Source: Octopus sinensis
Lineage: Eukaryota
Reading direction: 5' to 3'
DNA length: 64,000 nt
Assembly (NCBI RefSeq): GCF_006345805.1
Contig: NC_042999.1
Coordinates: 85,126,001-85,190,000 of the forward strand
Shown here: in pieces, positions 1 through 12,960 of the stretch
Layout of the letters: each line of letters opens with the position of its first letter
Position numbering within the stretch: the stretch's first letter is position 1
Position numbers and translations under genes: made by a program
The notes under the pieces: generated by a model
Told to the model about the DNA's origin: nothing
Databases searched by the model: none
What the model saw: only the letters and a program-made list of their open reading frames with translations

Positions 1-372
1 TCTTCTTTTTTACTTTTCTTTTTCTGTTTTATTTTTCCCCCTTCCAATTTCTGGACCATCTTTTCCTCGTTTTTTCCTTGTGATTTCTCTTGTTCTGTCG
101 TCCCGATCTGTAACTTGTATTGATCATAGCTCAGAGCCCACATATTGCTTTGAAACACTAGGTGTGCTATTAAAACCTACATATACAACATCTCCAGTGT
201 ATGAAATTAAGTGAAGCACATAACTATATTTTATATGGATTAAACAGTGTTTATCTCAGACAGTATGGAGTATTTTTTGTTGATCATACCTTAACAGAAA
301 AGTAAACTAAATCTATGTGTACGTGTATGAGTGCTTGTGTGTATGTGTCCGTGTGTATATAAATGTATGTAC

Positions 373-411
<39 letters not shown>

Positions 412-3039
412 CAGTGTGTGTGTGCAGTGTGCAAGTACGTGCTTTTTGAATGTGAAAACAATGTTTCTCTGCAACGTGATGTGCTGTAATTATAATTGCG
501 TTTGACGAATTCAGTAGGTGGAAAGATATTGTTTAAACCTCGCCACTCGAAATCCAAGTCATCTGATTTTTCATTTGATGTTTTCGATGAGCATTATCAA
601 AAGATATGTTTTACATCCTCTTGTTTAACATATTATTGCTTCAAAAATTAAAATGGGAAAAGGGAAAACACCAGAGATTCATATACTGAAAACTTACCTG
701 GTTGTAAGAAAGCTGGATCGATGATAGGTGGGGCTAAATGATAAAAGAAAATACAAATGATTCTTATATTACATTAAAATATATTTATACGAAAATATAC
801 AAAATCCTGGGTTTCGAACTTCAGTATGATTTTTTAAGATCTTCGATAAATTTAACATTTTAGGTGACCGCTGGAAAAACACTTTTAATACCTTTCCTCA
901 ATCTTATGTAACAACACAATATAAAGGTGTCATCTTAGATCTAAATGAACTAAATCATATAATGTCTTCGCTGGAGAGTATGAAGCTGTTGATGATAAAG
1001 ATAAAAACATCAATATATAGACTGTCATTTCATGGTCTCTAACGACTAAACTATTGTTATTTAATATTATTAAAATTATATAGATTTTTTTTCTTTCACG
1101 TAAACCTTAAAGCACCTGATAGTGCTGGTAGTTGAAACTCTTAGAGAAACCAAGTTAACATCTACTCTGCAGTCTCAGTCACAACCACCTCACTCTAGTT
1201 TATAAAAGTGTTACCAATCAGTTGTAAAATTAATGTACCTTCTATGGCATTAAGTTGATGAAAAATCTGGTTGAGGTTTGCTACCTTAATATACAAAATG
1301 ACTTCAACAACGGGTTTGAATCATTAGTATATCACTTCCAGTAGAACTATTTCATTACTTTGAAGAGGATATACTTATAGTTGTATTGTGCAGGAAGTTA
1401 TGAAACTGAAGAACTTCACTGAACATTTTAATTTGTATTGCTAATAACTCATGATCTGGAATACGTGAAAATATTGCACACAAGAACGGCTGTTAATTTG
1501 AAATGGCATGTTATAAAACGACTGGTAATATAGACCTTTAACTTTCATAAAATAAGATAAAATGATAAAGCTTACGTGGTGGTTTCAGCGTCTCTGAAAA
1601 AAGAACAAAAATTCATAAAGTGTTATGAAAGAGCACGAAAGAGATTTTCGTGTGTACCAGCGGTATCATAAATTGTATAAGGAATTTCTAAATGCATTCA
1701 TATTGCTGCTATACTGACTTCTTTGCTCTTCGAATCTTTCGTCAGTAAATATATAGTAAATACAGGAAGGGAGAATAGATTTCATGGTGAATTGATCTCA
1801 CTTATATGTATACTGCACAGGTGACGAAAGCGTTTTTATTGATTACAAAAGAGAAGAATGTATTATGGGAAAGGAAAACTGGCAGTAAATTATTATTAAC
1901 CTTCTTGAGGCCTCGCAGTTGTGTCATGTATGAACATTTGATGTAATTGCAGATATAACTTAAAGTGAATGATCGACTATTAGATTCATGTTAATAGTGT
2001 CACCTAGCCATAAGTTTAAACAGTCTGGTTGAGCTAGCTATTAAAATGTTACACTTTTACGCTAAACATATTCGCGAGCGTACATCTTAACCCATTTTAA
2101 CCCAGATTAACCCTGTCGAAATGTTGAAGATAGTTATATGAATAGGGATAACAAACATACGGAAGTTAACCTTTATTGCAGTAAAAGAAACAAATACAAC
2201 TGTCCTTAAATAAGGACAGTGGGTAAATATGCATTAAAGATAGATTGGTTAAAATATTTTACATCAGTTATAGTACTGGTAAATTTTGGAAATAACTTTT
2301 TTTGCGTCTAACTAAAAGAACATTAATACAAAGGTAAAAGTAACTTCTTAAGCATAACATGTAAATTATTCATACTTTTTTTTCAAACGATATTTTGAAT
2401 TGAAAATAGCCTCAATTGATGATGTAATTTGTCGAGAACTTTAGTCTTTATCTACTAGCTACACATTGATATATTTAAAAAGATCAATACCACAACGCAT
2501 TAGTTTGGAAATAGAATATTAAGTTTAAGTACATTGAACTGGGTTCAAACAGGAGTTTAAACTAAGACTAAATATTTTTCTTGGAAGTAACTAATCTATA
2601 ATTTGTCTATAATGATTTGTATTTGTCTAGCGTATAAGTAAATTTATGAAATTTAAAGTCAGTTATAATAGCAGACAAGTTTAATGATATTGTGCGTAAT
2701 AGGATACTCAACAATCTCTTTATCTTTATTACACTGAACAAAGAAAGAAGAAACGTTTATTTCTGTTGAAGTTAATTTCTTTTGTCAGGTATATATGAAT
2801 TTTGCCATTCCCCGGGGAATAGATATGAAATCAGCATGCATGATGTAAAGCTAAACACTCAACAGTTAAGTGAACTGTTGTACAGTACATTAATTTAATG
2901 TATGTACATTAATTTAAGAAAGCTTAATGTAGTGACAAACAATAGTAATTCATAAGAGCTTTGCTATCAAATGATGATACATGAGTTGAAAATACACTAG
3001 TGGCATTATCTTAAAAATGTATATGTCACACAGTTATCT

Positions 3040-3139
3040 NNNNNNNNNNNNNNNNNNNNNNNNNNNNNNNNNNNNNNNNNNNNNNNNNNNNNNNNNNNNN
3101 NNNNNNNNNNNNNNNNNNNNNNNNNNNNNNNNNNNNNNN
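3040..3139. other. Assembly gap (100 N)
   Basis: Run of exactly 100 N; typical fixed-size scaffold gap. Confidence 0.99.
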
Positions 3140-5560
3140 CAATTCTACAGTATTCCAAGATACACAAAAGTGAGAAAATAAGTATCGCATGCAAGATAGC
3201 CACAGACAAAATAATTAAAGTCCCTAATCCTAATGACCTCAAATTAAGACCGATAATAGCAGGTCCCACATTCAAAACCCACCGCCTCAGTAACTTTTTA
3301 GATACCCTCTTAAAACCACTCCTTAAACATGTCAAAAGCTATATAAGGGATGACCTGGATATGCTCAATCACCTGCCTAAAACAATAAACAAAAACACCC
3401 TACTAGTATCCTTCGATGTAGTCAACCTCTATTCCAATATCCCCCACAACCTAGGAATAGAGGCAATTCAATTCTGGCTAGAGAATCACGCCAACGAACT
3501 CCCACATCGCATCAAAAATAACTACTTCGCCTTCAAAGACAACTTCTACCGACAAAAATCGGGGACTGCGATGGGTACGCAAATGGTCCCCTCCTTTGCC
3601 AACCTACTCATAGGATATCTAGAAATCAGTCTGTATCGTAAGGTTCTAGAAAGATATGGCAGCACTTTCTCCCTCTACATAGAAAACAACTGGAAGAGAT
3701 ACCTAGATGACTGTTTCATTCTTTGGCATGAAAATATAGAGAAACTCAAAGAATTCCAAGCAATTTTAAATGGACTGGACGTAAACATCCAATTCACAAT
3801 GGAATATAGCCAGCAACAACTCCCCTTCCTCGACATCCTCATTAAGAAATCTAATAATGTAATAGAAACAGATATATACTATAAGCCTATGGATTCCAAG
3901 CAATATCTACCATTCAATTCATGCCACCCCAGACACACAAGAATGAATATCCCCTTCAATCTAGCAAAAAGGATATGTACTATAGTTTCTAATGCAAACA
4001 CCAGAGATACACGACTACATGAACTAAAAGATACCCTCATCACCAGGAACTACCTACCTTCACTAATTGACATATGCATTCAACGTGCCCTTCAACTCAA
4101 CATCCAGGAAATCAGACATCCCAAATTAAAGAAAAATTTACGACCAAAAGCCTTACCATACATCTCCACACACAACCCTCTCAACAATGAAGCCTCCGAC
4201 ACCATCCTCCAAAACATACCCCTGCTAGAAAAGGACCACAGAATGAACTTAATACTCCAAACACACGATCATAAAAAGCAAGAGACAGCCCAAATCTATG
4301 AAAAGTCTCCTAACACAAGCCCGAATACGCTCATCAACACAGAAGTCGACAGTAAAAAAATGTGGAAGACCCAATTGTGGGATATGCGATTATCTAATTG
4401 AGGGATCAGAGTTCTCCTTCAAACAGGAACAACGTTTCACAGTGAAAAGCAACTTTACATGTGCTTCGGAGAACCTGATATACACACTAACCTACTCTGG
4501 GTTTCAAGAGCAATACATAGGCCAAACAAAAAATAGTTTACGTAAAAGAATGACCCTGCACAGATCCCAGATAAAAATTCCCCTAAACAGAAAAATAGCA
4601 TTCAGCCAACACATAGATATTTGCGACAACAACAGAACTCCAGGCTTCAGGATTTTTTCCCTCTACCAATTCAAGGACGATATAATCGGGGGTCAACGAA
4701 TTAGTAAAGAAACTCTCTTTATTACAAAATACAGACCCCTTCTGAATGCGCCTACGATAAACGATATATCCACATCGGCCTTAGAATAACACGAATACAC
4801 ACGCAAATATTACATTCTAAGAATCCATTAAAAATCAGCCCCAATCACTGCTATAATCTATAACGTGCCAACTTTAAGTCATCCAACACCTCACTACTTT
4901 CACTCATTCTATCTCCTTCTTCTCTTCTTCTTCTCTCTTTCTTCTTCTTCTCTCTTCTTCTTCTCTTCTTCTTCTTCTTCTCTTCTTCTTCTCTTCTCTT
5001 CTTCTTCTTCTCTTCTTCTTCTTCTTCTTCTTCTTCTTCTTCTTCACCCTTCTTCTTCTTCTTCTTCTTCTTCTTTTTTCTTCTCTTCGCTTCTCCCCTT
5101 TCCTTCCTAACTTTATCTCTAATGCTTTTTAGTATAACACCTACACAAATTCTATAAACAAAACTTCCAATAGAATTTTTTTTCATGAATTGAACAGCAA
5201 CTGCTAGCCTCCACTGACCATTCAAAATACTACAATCAAGACATTCTCAAATTCTTCGTCTCCTTCCTCCCCTCCACTTCCTTTTCCTCCTCCTTCTTCT
5301 TCCCTACCAAGAATTCACAACGACCTCGAACCCACAAGAGTAAACAAGAGAGACGGTGAAAGGCAGAAACAAAGAAAATGCCACTTATATTTGAACACTA
5401 TACAAATATTCTTTTAAAAAAACTTTTCTTTTAATTTTTCTAAATTTAATTATTTAATTGTTACAGTTGAAAAGGTCTCAATGACTGGAACCGGTACTGA
5501 AATGTTCTTTATAAAATTATTTTAGCATTTTCTATCCTGACTTGTTTTTTCATATATATA
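3140..5560 (+). mobile_element. Penelope-like element (RT + GIY-YIG endonuclease), frameshifted, 5' end lost in the gap
   Basis: ORF 3361-4401 has PLE RT motifs (SFDVVNLYSNIP, YRQKSGTAMGT, WKRYLDDCF, LPFLDI, YYKPMD, SCHPRH). Overlapping ORF 4298-4789 has a CxxPxCxxC linker and a GIY-YIG-like LIYTL...YIGQTKNSLRKRM...H motif. The 3' region has a (CTT)n tract and a hammerhead-like motif. Confidence 0.92.
5464..5499 (+). ncRNA. Degenerate minimal type I hammerhead-like motif in the PLE 3' end (U3-A8 core; GAAA read as GGAA)
   Basis: CAG-TTGAAAA-GGTC-TCAAT-GACT-GGAAC-CG-GTA-CTG: stem I CAG/CTG, stem II GGTC/GACT, palindromic ACCGGT stem III. Mirror copy at 62970-63005 (-). Confidence 0.55.
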
Positions 5561-5567
5561 GGGTGTT

Positions 5568-5720
5568 CAAAATGTCTCTCCTCAGGGAATTTTCTACGTC
5601 CTGCATATCCTAAAAGACGCAATCATAACCTTCACACGTTCCATACCACGTCAAAACATGTCTAGAAGAGTCAACTTATGTATTGAAAATGAAGAACGAC
5701 ACTTTCAACACGTCTTATAA
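5568..5720 (+). mobile_element. Short Tc1/mariner-like remnant
   Basis: Starts TATAGGGTGTTCAAAATG (TIR-like after TA) and ends in RRVNLCIENEERHFQHVL*, resembling a Tc1-type transposase C-terminus. Confidence 0.45.
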
Positions 5721-5774
5721 AGTTTTGCAAAATCTAATATATTCTTCTGTTGTCGTATGCGATCTTAGAAATAT

Positions 5775-6322
5775 ATATGTTTCACCAACGCTGCCTTCGT
5801 GCCATCATTATCATCTACTGGACCGACTATATCACCAACACTGAGGTCCTCAAGCGATCACCAGCCTAGAAGCCATTTTACTTGCGACACGATTATGTTG
5901 GGCACGTTGACAGGATGAAAGACCACCGCCTACGTAAGATCATCATGTGCGGTGAGTTCACTACTGTCCCCCGCAACAAGGGGGAGGGGCACCAAACAAA
6001 CGTTACAAGGACTGCCTACAGCAGTCCCTTAGCGTTTGTGACATTGATTATCGTGAGTGGTCCACTCTAAAAGCTGACCGTGTTACTGGGTTGCATACCA
6101 TCAGCGATGTGGTTTCCTCCTTTGAGATCTCTCGCAGTGTCTCTCTTGAAGACAAACATCAAAGGCAAACACATTTTTCTGCTGCATAATGAGATCCCGG
6201 ACAACCATACCTCTGTCATTCTTACAATCGGATTGTCGATCCAACATCGGCCTTATCAGCCATGAGCGAGTGTACAGACATCGTGGACAACAGCCTTCCT
6301 AATTTTTGTCAGCGAAGCGAAG

Positions 6323-6330
<8 letters not shown>
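5775..6330 (+). mobile_element. RTE-clade LINE 3' fragment
   Basis: Translates as HQRCLRAIIIIYWTDYITNTEVLKR...HVDRMKDHRLRKIIMCGE, typical of the RTE C-terminus. Mirror copy about 62130-62690 (-). Confidence 0.7.
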
Positions 6331-6372
<42 letters not shown>

Positions 6373-6398
6373 TATATTTATATATTCCTACATATATA

Positions 6399-6433
<35 letters not shown>

Positions 6434-6521
6434 ACATATATATATATATATACATTATATATACATATATATATATATCTAATATATAATATATATATAT
6501 ATATATATATAATATATATAT

Positions 6522-6569
<48 letters not shown>

Positions 6570-6624
6570 ATATATATATATATATGTATATATATACTTT
6601 ATTAAGTAGTATACAATAAAAACG

Positions 6625-7450
6625 GACATGATATGGATGAAGAAAAATTATGCAAAATATTTAGACAACTTCCTAGACATTAAAATGAATCTTGACACAG
6701 GAAAATTTAAACCGTACCACAAACCAAAAGAGGTAGCCTCGTACATAGATAATGGTTCCACCACCACCAGTAATTAAACCACCCACCAGCAGTAATTAAA
6801 CAAATGGTTAACAGCTTTAGCAGGCGCGTCTCCAATTTATCCGCCGACGAAGACACTTTTGAAAAAGCCGCCCCATATTATAATGCTGCATTAGAAAGAT
6901 CCCCCTTTAAGAATAACATATACTACATTGAACCAAAAATAAATAGACGAAGAAGACGCAGAGAGAAGGAAATTTTATGGTTTAACCCACCTTTAGCATG
7001 AATGTAGGTACTAACAAAGCTAGAATTTCTTAAAGCTAATAGACAGCTACTTACTATACTCACACAAATACCACAAGATCTTCAACAAAAATACTGTCAA
7101 AGTTAGCTATAGTTATCTCCCCAATGTAGGGTCAATAATATAAACACACCAGAACACCCCAGAAATACAAGCAAATGTAGATCCGAAAACCGCTGTCCTC
7201 TAAGCAACAACTGTCTTGTGAAAGAATTCGTATACAAGCGTCATTCAGAGACAAAAATATTAAAAAACATGCAAAATCTCTGTCAAATGATATAGACATT
7301 GAAAGAAGGTAGAGTATCAACCCCCAGATAGAATGGAAAATTCTTGCTAAAGCATTAAGTAATGAGGACAGGTACCAAATGTGAACCTCTGTATTACTGA
7401 AAAATTAAACATTATATAATCAACAGATACATGTTAAACATTAGGGATTA
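6625..7450 (+). mobile_element. Second Penelope-like family fragment (RT thumb, linker, GIY-YIG remnant)
   Basis: FLDIKMNLDTGKFKPYHKP, RRVSNLSADEDTFEKAAPYYNAALERS, ILWFNPP, KIFNKNTVKVSYS, all PLE-like. Mirror copy about 61000-61840 (-). Confidence 0.7.
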
Positions 7451-7737
7451 GCCTTCTCTTCCTGCATACACAAGCATATTTTGCACTCAGATACTTCAAA
7501 GAAGAGCCATTACCTGCGACGGTAATCCCAACAGAGTAGCCCGTCCTGAACGTGAAATCTGAACACACAAGCACACAATACACACACACAAGAAATATGC
7601 CACAACGATGATCTACCTCAGCACACAAGTTAAGAACACCACACCCAGAATAAAAACAAAATAATGCAAATTGAACAGACAATTTTCACAAGACAAATTC
7701 AAAGGAGACAAATATTCAAAAGATGGCTGTGTGTGTG

Positions 7738-7807
<70 letters not shown>

Positions 7808-8088
7808 GAGATGAAGAGGGAGTCAGGTAAGCTTGCCAGTGTTCCAGCGTGTGAGCGAATTTATGTATAGAACTAGAGGGTCTTTTGAGAGGATCTAGCA
7901 CAGCTAAGATATGGAAATTTACGAAATTTTTAAGAGTGTCTTCGGCAAGTTGGGACGAACTATCATAGCTAAGATATCGAAGTTTATAAACATCTTTAAG
8001 AAGCTATATAGTATTCTATCTATACACCCTTCATCGTATTTAAGATATAATGTCTATAGACATAACAATCTCAAAGTTTTAGTAAATA

Positions 8089-8119
<31 letters not shown>

Positions 8120-8163
8120 CTATCTATAACCCCTTCATCGTATTTAAGATATAATGTCTATAG

Positions 8164-8340
8164 TCGCAGGAGTGGCTGTGTGGTAAGTAGCTTGTCTACC
8201 AACCACATGGTTCTGGGTTCAGTCCCACTGCGTGGCCATTGGGCAAGTGTCTTCTACTATGCCTCGGGCGACCAAGCCTTGTGAGTGGATTTGGTAGACG
8301 GAAACTGAAAGAAGCCCGTCGTATATATGTATATAAAATT

Positions 8341-8388
<48 letters not shown>

Positions 8389-8605
8389 TGTGTGTGTTTG
8401 TGTGTCTGTGTTTGTCCCCCTAGCATTGCTTGACAACCGATGCTGGTGTGTTTCCGTCCCCGAAACTTAGCGGTTCGGCCAAAGATACCGATAGAATAAG
8501 TACTAAGATTACAAAGAATACGTCCTGGGGTCGAGTTGCTCGATTAAAGGCGGTGCTCCAGCATGGCCGCAGTCAAATGACTGAAACAAGTAAAAGAGTA
8601 AAGAG
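8164..8605 (+). mobile_element. tRNA-derived SINE family 1, full length, 5-bp TSD TATAG
   Basis: A-box-like TGGCTGTGTGGTAAG and B-box-like GGTTCAGTCCC, internal (TA)n, AAGAGT tail; TATAG at 8159-8163 and 8606-8610. Confidence 0.85.
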
Positions 8606-8642
8606 TATAGACATAACAATCTCCAAGTTTTAATAAATATAT

Positions 8643-8673
<31 letters not shown>

Positions 8674-8682
8674 ATTATTATT

Positions 8683-11600
8683 CAGTAGTATATTTTTTAT
8701 ATCCTGCTTTCACTTCACTACCGAGCGCAGCTCTGTGTGCCTTGGGTATGTGCTGTGGTTTGTTGTGATCCTCTGATGGTTATTGTATGGAAAGTGTTCT
8801 ACGTAGGATGTGTGCAGTGCCTAGTAGTGCAATTTTCTGTATGTTATATGTGTTTGTAAGTCCTGGTGTTTTTGTTATGTATTTGTCTGAATATTTTTTA
8901 TCATGCCTAATGCACCTATTATGATAGGAATTGTCTCTGTTTTTAGATTCCAGATTCTGGTTACATCTATTTCCAGGTCTTTGTATTTTGAAAGTTTCTC
9001 CATTTCTTTTAGAGAACGTTGTCATCCGCTGGTATTGATACATCACTTAGAAAACATGATTTTCTTCATGATCTCTGACAACTATATCTGGTCTGTTAGC
9101 CTTAATTTCTCTATCTGTGTTTATTGGCATATCCCAGAGTATGGTTGCTTTCTCGTTTTCTGTGACCTTTTCTGGTGTGTGCCTATACCATCTTTTTTCT
9201 GTTGTTATTCCATGTTGGCATAGTTTCCAGTGTATATAGGTCCCAACTCTGTCGTGTTTGTGAATATATTCCTTCTTAGCCAGGACTGGGCAGCCAGAGA
9301 TAATATGATTTATTGTTTCTTGTCCATCTCCACATATTCTGCAGTTACTTGTTATATTTCTTTTCATTACATGTTTTTGGTAATTTCTGGTGGGGAGGCT
9401 TTGGTCTTGTGCTGCAATTAAACATCCTTCTGTGTCTGCTTTGAGTCCTGAGCTTCTCAACCATTGTTGGGATTTTTCTTTGTCTATTTCTTTTGCATTT
9501 AGTTTAGTCCAGTATTTGCCATGAAGGGGCTTTTCTTGTCATCGTTTTATCATGGTTCGTTGCTGTTCTATTTTTAGTTTGGATTTCATTTGTTTTATAG
9601 CTTTTGTTGTTTCTTCTTCTTCTTCTTCTTCTTCTTCTTCTTCTTCTTCTTCTTCTTCTTCTTCTTCTTCTTCTTCTTCTCTTCTTCTTCTTCTTCTTCT
9701 TCTTCTTCTTCTTCATATTTGTTAGGTGGTTTTATTTCTTGTTTGTATTTGTCAGCTTCCTTAAATACTGAGAACAGTTTTTTGTTTTGCTCGTGTTTTG
9801 CCGCTATTTGTATCAATTTTCCTTCCTTCTGAAGTAGATATCTTTGCAGTCCTATGGTGGTTATTTTATAGTAGTTTTCCAGCTGTATAAGGCCTCTACC
9901 ACCTTCTATACGTTGTATATTTAGCCTTTCTATGTCAGATTTTGGGTGATGCATCCTAGATCCTGTCATTATTTTTCTTGTTTTCCTATCTATTTTGGTC
10001 AGTTCATTTAGTGTCCAGTTAAGGATATTCTAGCTGTAACTTATAACTGGGACGGCTAAAGTGTTGATACCTATTATCTTGTTTTTAGCATTGAGCTCTG
10101 TTTTCAGTATTGATCTAACTCGTCTATAATATTCTTTTTTTTCATTTTCTCTTTCATTTGTGTGTGTTGTGTCTTATCTAGTTCATGGATTCCTAAGTAT
10201 TTGTAAGTTTGGCTTTGGTCTAATTCTTTTATTTCATTGGTTTTATCTAGCGTGATGTTGCTACTCTGAACTAGTTTTCCTCTTTTCAGGGTTACTTTGG
10301 CGCATTTCTCTAATCCAAATTTCACATCTATTTCTTTGGTAAATCCATGAACTGTCATTAATAGTGCTTCCAGCTGTTTGTCATTTGCAGCGTATAGTTT
10401 TAGGTCATCCATATATAAAAGGTGGCTGATCATTTTGCCGTAACATTTATATCCGCATCCAGTTCTATTTAGCATATCAGATAGAGGTGACAGTGCAAAG
10501 CAGAAAAGGAGTAGAGAGAGCGTGTCTCCCTGGAATATTCCTCTTCTAATGGGGATGTCTTTGGTTTTCATGAGTCCCTCTTTTGTTTGGAGCTGTAGCA
10601 CTGTTTGCCATTTATTCATAGAGTGTCCTATGAATTTTATAATTGTTGGTGCTACTTTGTTAATGGCTAGTGTTTCGAGGATCCATGTATGGGGGATGCT
10701 ATCAAACGCCTTTTTGTAGTCGATCCAGGCCATACTGTGACCTTTCTTCTCTCTGTGGCTGTCTTCAGTTATGTCTTTATTAATCATTAGTTGATCTTTA
10801 CAGCCATATGAGCCTTTGCGGCATCCTTTCTGCTCTTCTGGAAACAGGTTGTTTTCGTCCAGGTGCTTGTTCAACCTTTGCGATATCACTGCAGTAAATG
10901 CCTTGTACATTGTAGGGAGACAGGTTATTGGTCTGTAGTTTTCTGGTTTTGCTGTCTCATTTGATTTGTGAATTAAGATGATTTTCCCTTTCGTGAGCCA
11001 TTCAGGCATTGTCTCTGGCTCTGCTAGTATGTTGTTAAAGTTTTCAGCCAGCTTTTTGTGCATTCCTGTAAGATATTTCAACCAGAAGTTGGGGATCTTG
11101 TCATGCCTAGGTGCCTTCCAGTTGCTTAGTCTTTGCAGTGCCTGGGTGACTTCTTCAGTTGTTATGGGGGTCCAAAGTTGCTTAGATGCTGAGTTTGTTG
11201 TTTTAAACCCCCTTCTTTGGTTATTCGTTCGCCGACCATATTTCTCTCCAGAATATTTCCACTTCTTCTGCCGTTGGTGCTGCAGTGATTTCTATTTTAT
11301 TTTTGCCAAGTTCTTGGTAGAACTTTTTGGGGTTGGAGTTGAACTTTTTGTTTTGTTCAAAGAAGCGCTGGCGTTTCTCGAACCGGCGGATCCTTTGTGC
11401 TTTGGCAAGGATATCTTGCTTCAGTTTTTCTTTTATCTCAGGTAAATCTTTTTCTGTGATGTTATATTTGCGGAGTATTTTTGTTTACTTTTTGTTGCTC
11501 AGTAGCGTTGATTGTCTACTGATTTCATTAAGAATCGACAGATATTTTCTCATTTTTTGTATTTTGTTTTGGTTGTTATTTATCCACAGGGTTTGTTTGG

Positions 11601-12957
11601 GTGGTGGTACTCCTGTTTGGATGGGTTTGAGTGAGTATCCAGCTTCTTTTGTGGCTGCAGTGGCTGCTGCGTATACTAAGTCATTTAGCTCAGTGATATC
11701 GCTTTTTGTTTCAGTGGCTATTAGTTCCGTGACGGCTAGGTTTATGCTGTTTATAATTGTTGTTGTTTCGTCTATTTTGCTTTTTGGGAGGTATGGTCGG
11801 TGGTCCATTTTGAGCACTGTGGTTTTCAGTTCTTCGATTATTTTACTTTTTATATTATCATAATCATTAGGCTCCCCTTCGTTGTTTCCAGGTTTTAGAT
11901 TTGTGTCGCTTTCTTTCTTATTTATATGTTTGTTTGCCGTGTTTTGGCTTGCTGTTTGTCGTGTATTATTATGCATCCTTACGGTTTGGGTTTGTTGCTT
12001 TTTGTTTACATCGTGTTTGTTGGGAATGTTACGTTTGTCTTCATGTTTTACTGTTTCAGTGTTTGTATTATTGGGCATTGTTGTGTGGCTTCTATCTACA
12101 TTTTCCTGGTGTATTTTTTCTTTTAGATGTTCTATTTCTATTTCTGATATTTTTTTGCGTTGAGAATGTATCTTCGTACGTTAGCTAGTTTATTAGGGTT
12201 CATTGCTGTATCCAAGTCTATATTTATGTTATTTTCCTTCCATATTTTATATGTATGTGTTGTGTTTTCATTTTTTGGGTAGAGCACTGCTGTGAAGTAT
12301 GCGTGTAGGATAGAAATGTATTCCTCACGTGTCCATTTATGTCTTTTGGGTTTTATTTGCGGGACATGAGGAACAACGTCCGGCCCATTATTTTGACGGT
12401 CGTCATTTTCGTAGGGTACCGGTCCGTTCAAATGAAATCTGTTGTCACATTATTTTGCACGTGTAGTTTTTCGTACATTTTGTGTTGTAAGTTTAAAGAA
12501 CGTACTTCCCGATTGTTATTCTTGGGTTGAATAATATCGGTGGTATTTAATTTCTTCGTAGTTTTTTTGTACATGGTGTTTGGGGTCGGGGATGATCTGG
12601 TGTTGATGGATCGTAATGTTTCACGAATGTTTACATGTGTTGTGTTAGAGGTGGAGATGATATCGAGTTAAAATACATCATTTCGTTTCGAAAATAGTAA
12701 TAAATTTCAATGAGTATTACTTACTCGGATATAGTCCAATCCTTTGTTAGTAAATTTTTGGCTCCATACGATGTCTTTGTTTTCGATGTTTGTGGATAGA
12801 TTTCGGAGCTCTGTTTTATCGTTCTTACATCTTAAACGTCCCCCGGTGTTCCTCTTAAACGTCCCCCGGTGTTCTCTTAAACGTCCCCCGGTGTTCTCTT
12901 AAACGTCTCCCGGTGTTCTCTTAAACGTTTCCCGGTGTTCTCTTAAACGTCTCCCGG

Positions 12958-12960
<3 letters not shown>
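8683..12960 (-). mobile_element. Near full-length R4/Dong-type non-LTR retrotransposon (RT + CCHC + restriction-like endonuclease), frameshifted
   Basis: ORF pieces 12138-12431 (KRHKWTREE), 11485-12078, 10104-11081 (NYRPITCLPTMYK, GIFQGDTLS, HLLYMDDLKLY), 9595-9969, 9047-9460 (CRICG..ETINHIISGC, RPDIVV), 8780-9046 (KIALLGTAHILRRTLS). Flanked on both sides by (TTA/TTG)n. Confidence 0.88.
12831..12960 (-). repeat. Six tandem ~22-bp repeats at the 5' end of the R4/Dong element
   Basis: Unit CTTAAACGTCCCCCGGTGTTCT repeated six times with minor variants, abutting the (TTA)n run. Confidence 0.9.

Noticed and set aside
8164-8240. tRNA-like sequences with A and B boxes (also at the heads of SINE family 2)
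   Set aside because: No complete cloverleaf; each continues into a shared SINE body, so they are SINE heads rather than tRNA genes.
11327-12188. Long plus-strand ORFs opposite the LINEs (also 26254-26517, 29459-29846, 47857-48345, 49537-49993)
   Set aside because: Antisense shadows of TE coding frames with no independent motifs.
12530-12830. HDV-like ribozyme expected near the 5' end of an RLE-clade LINE
   Set aside because: I could not fold a nested double pseudoknot by eye; a covariance-model search would be needed.
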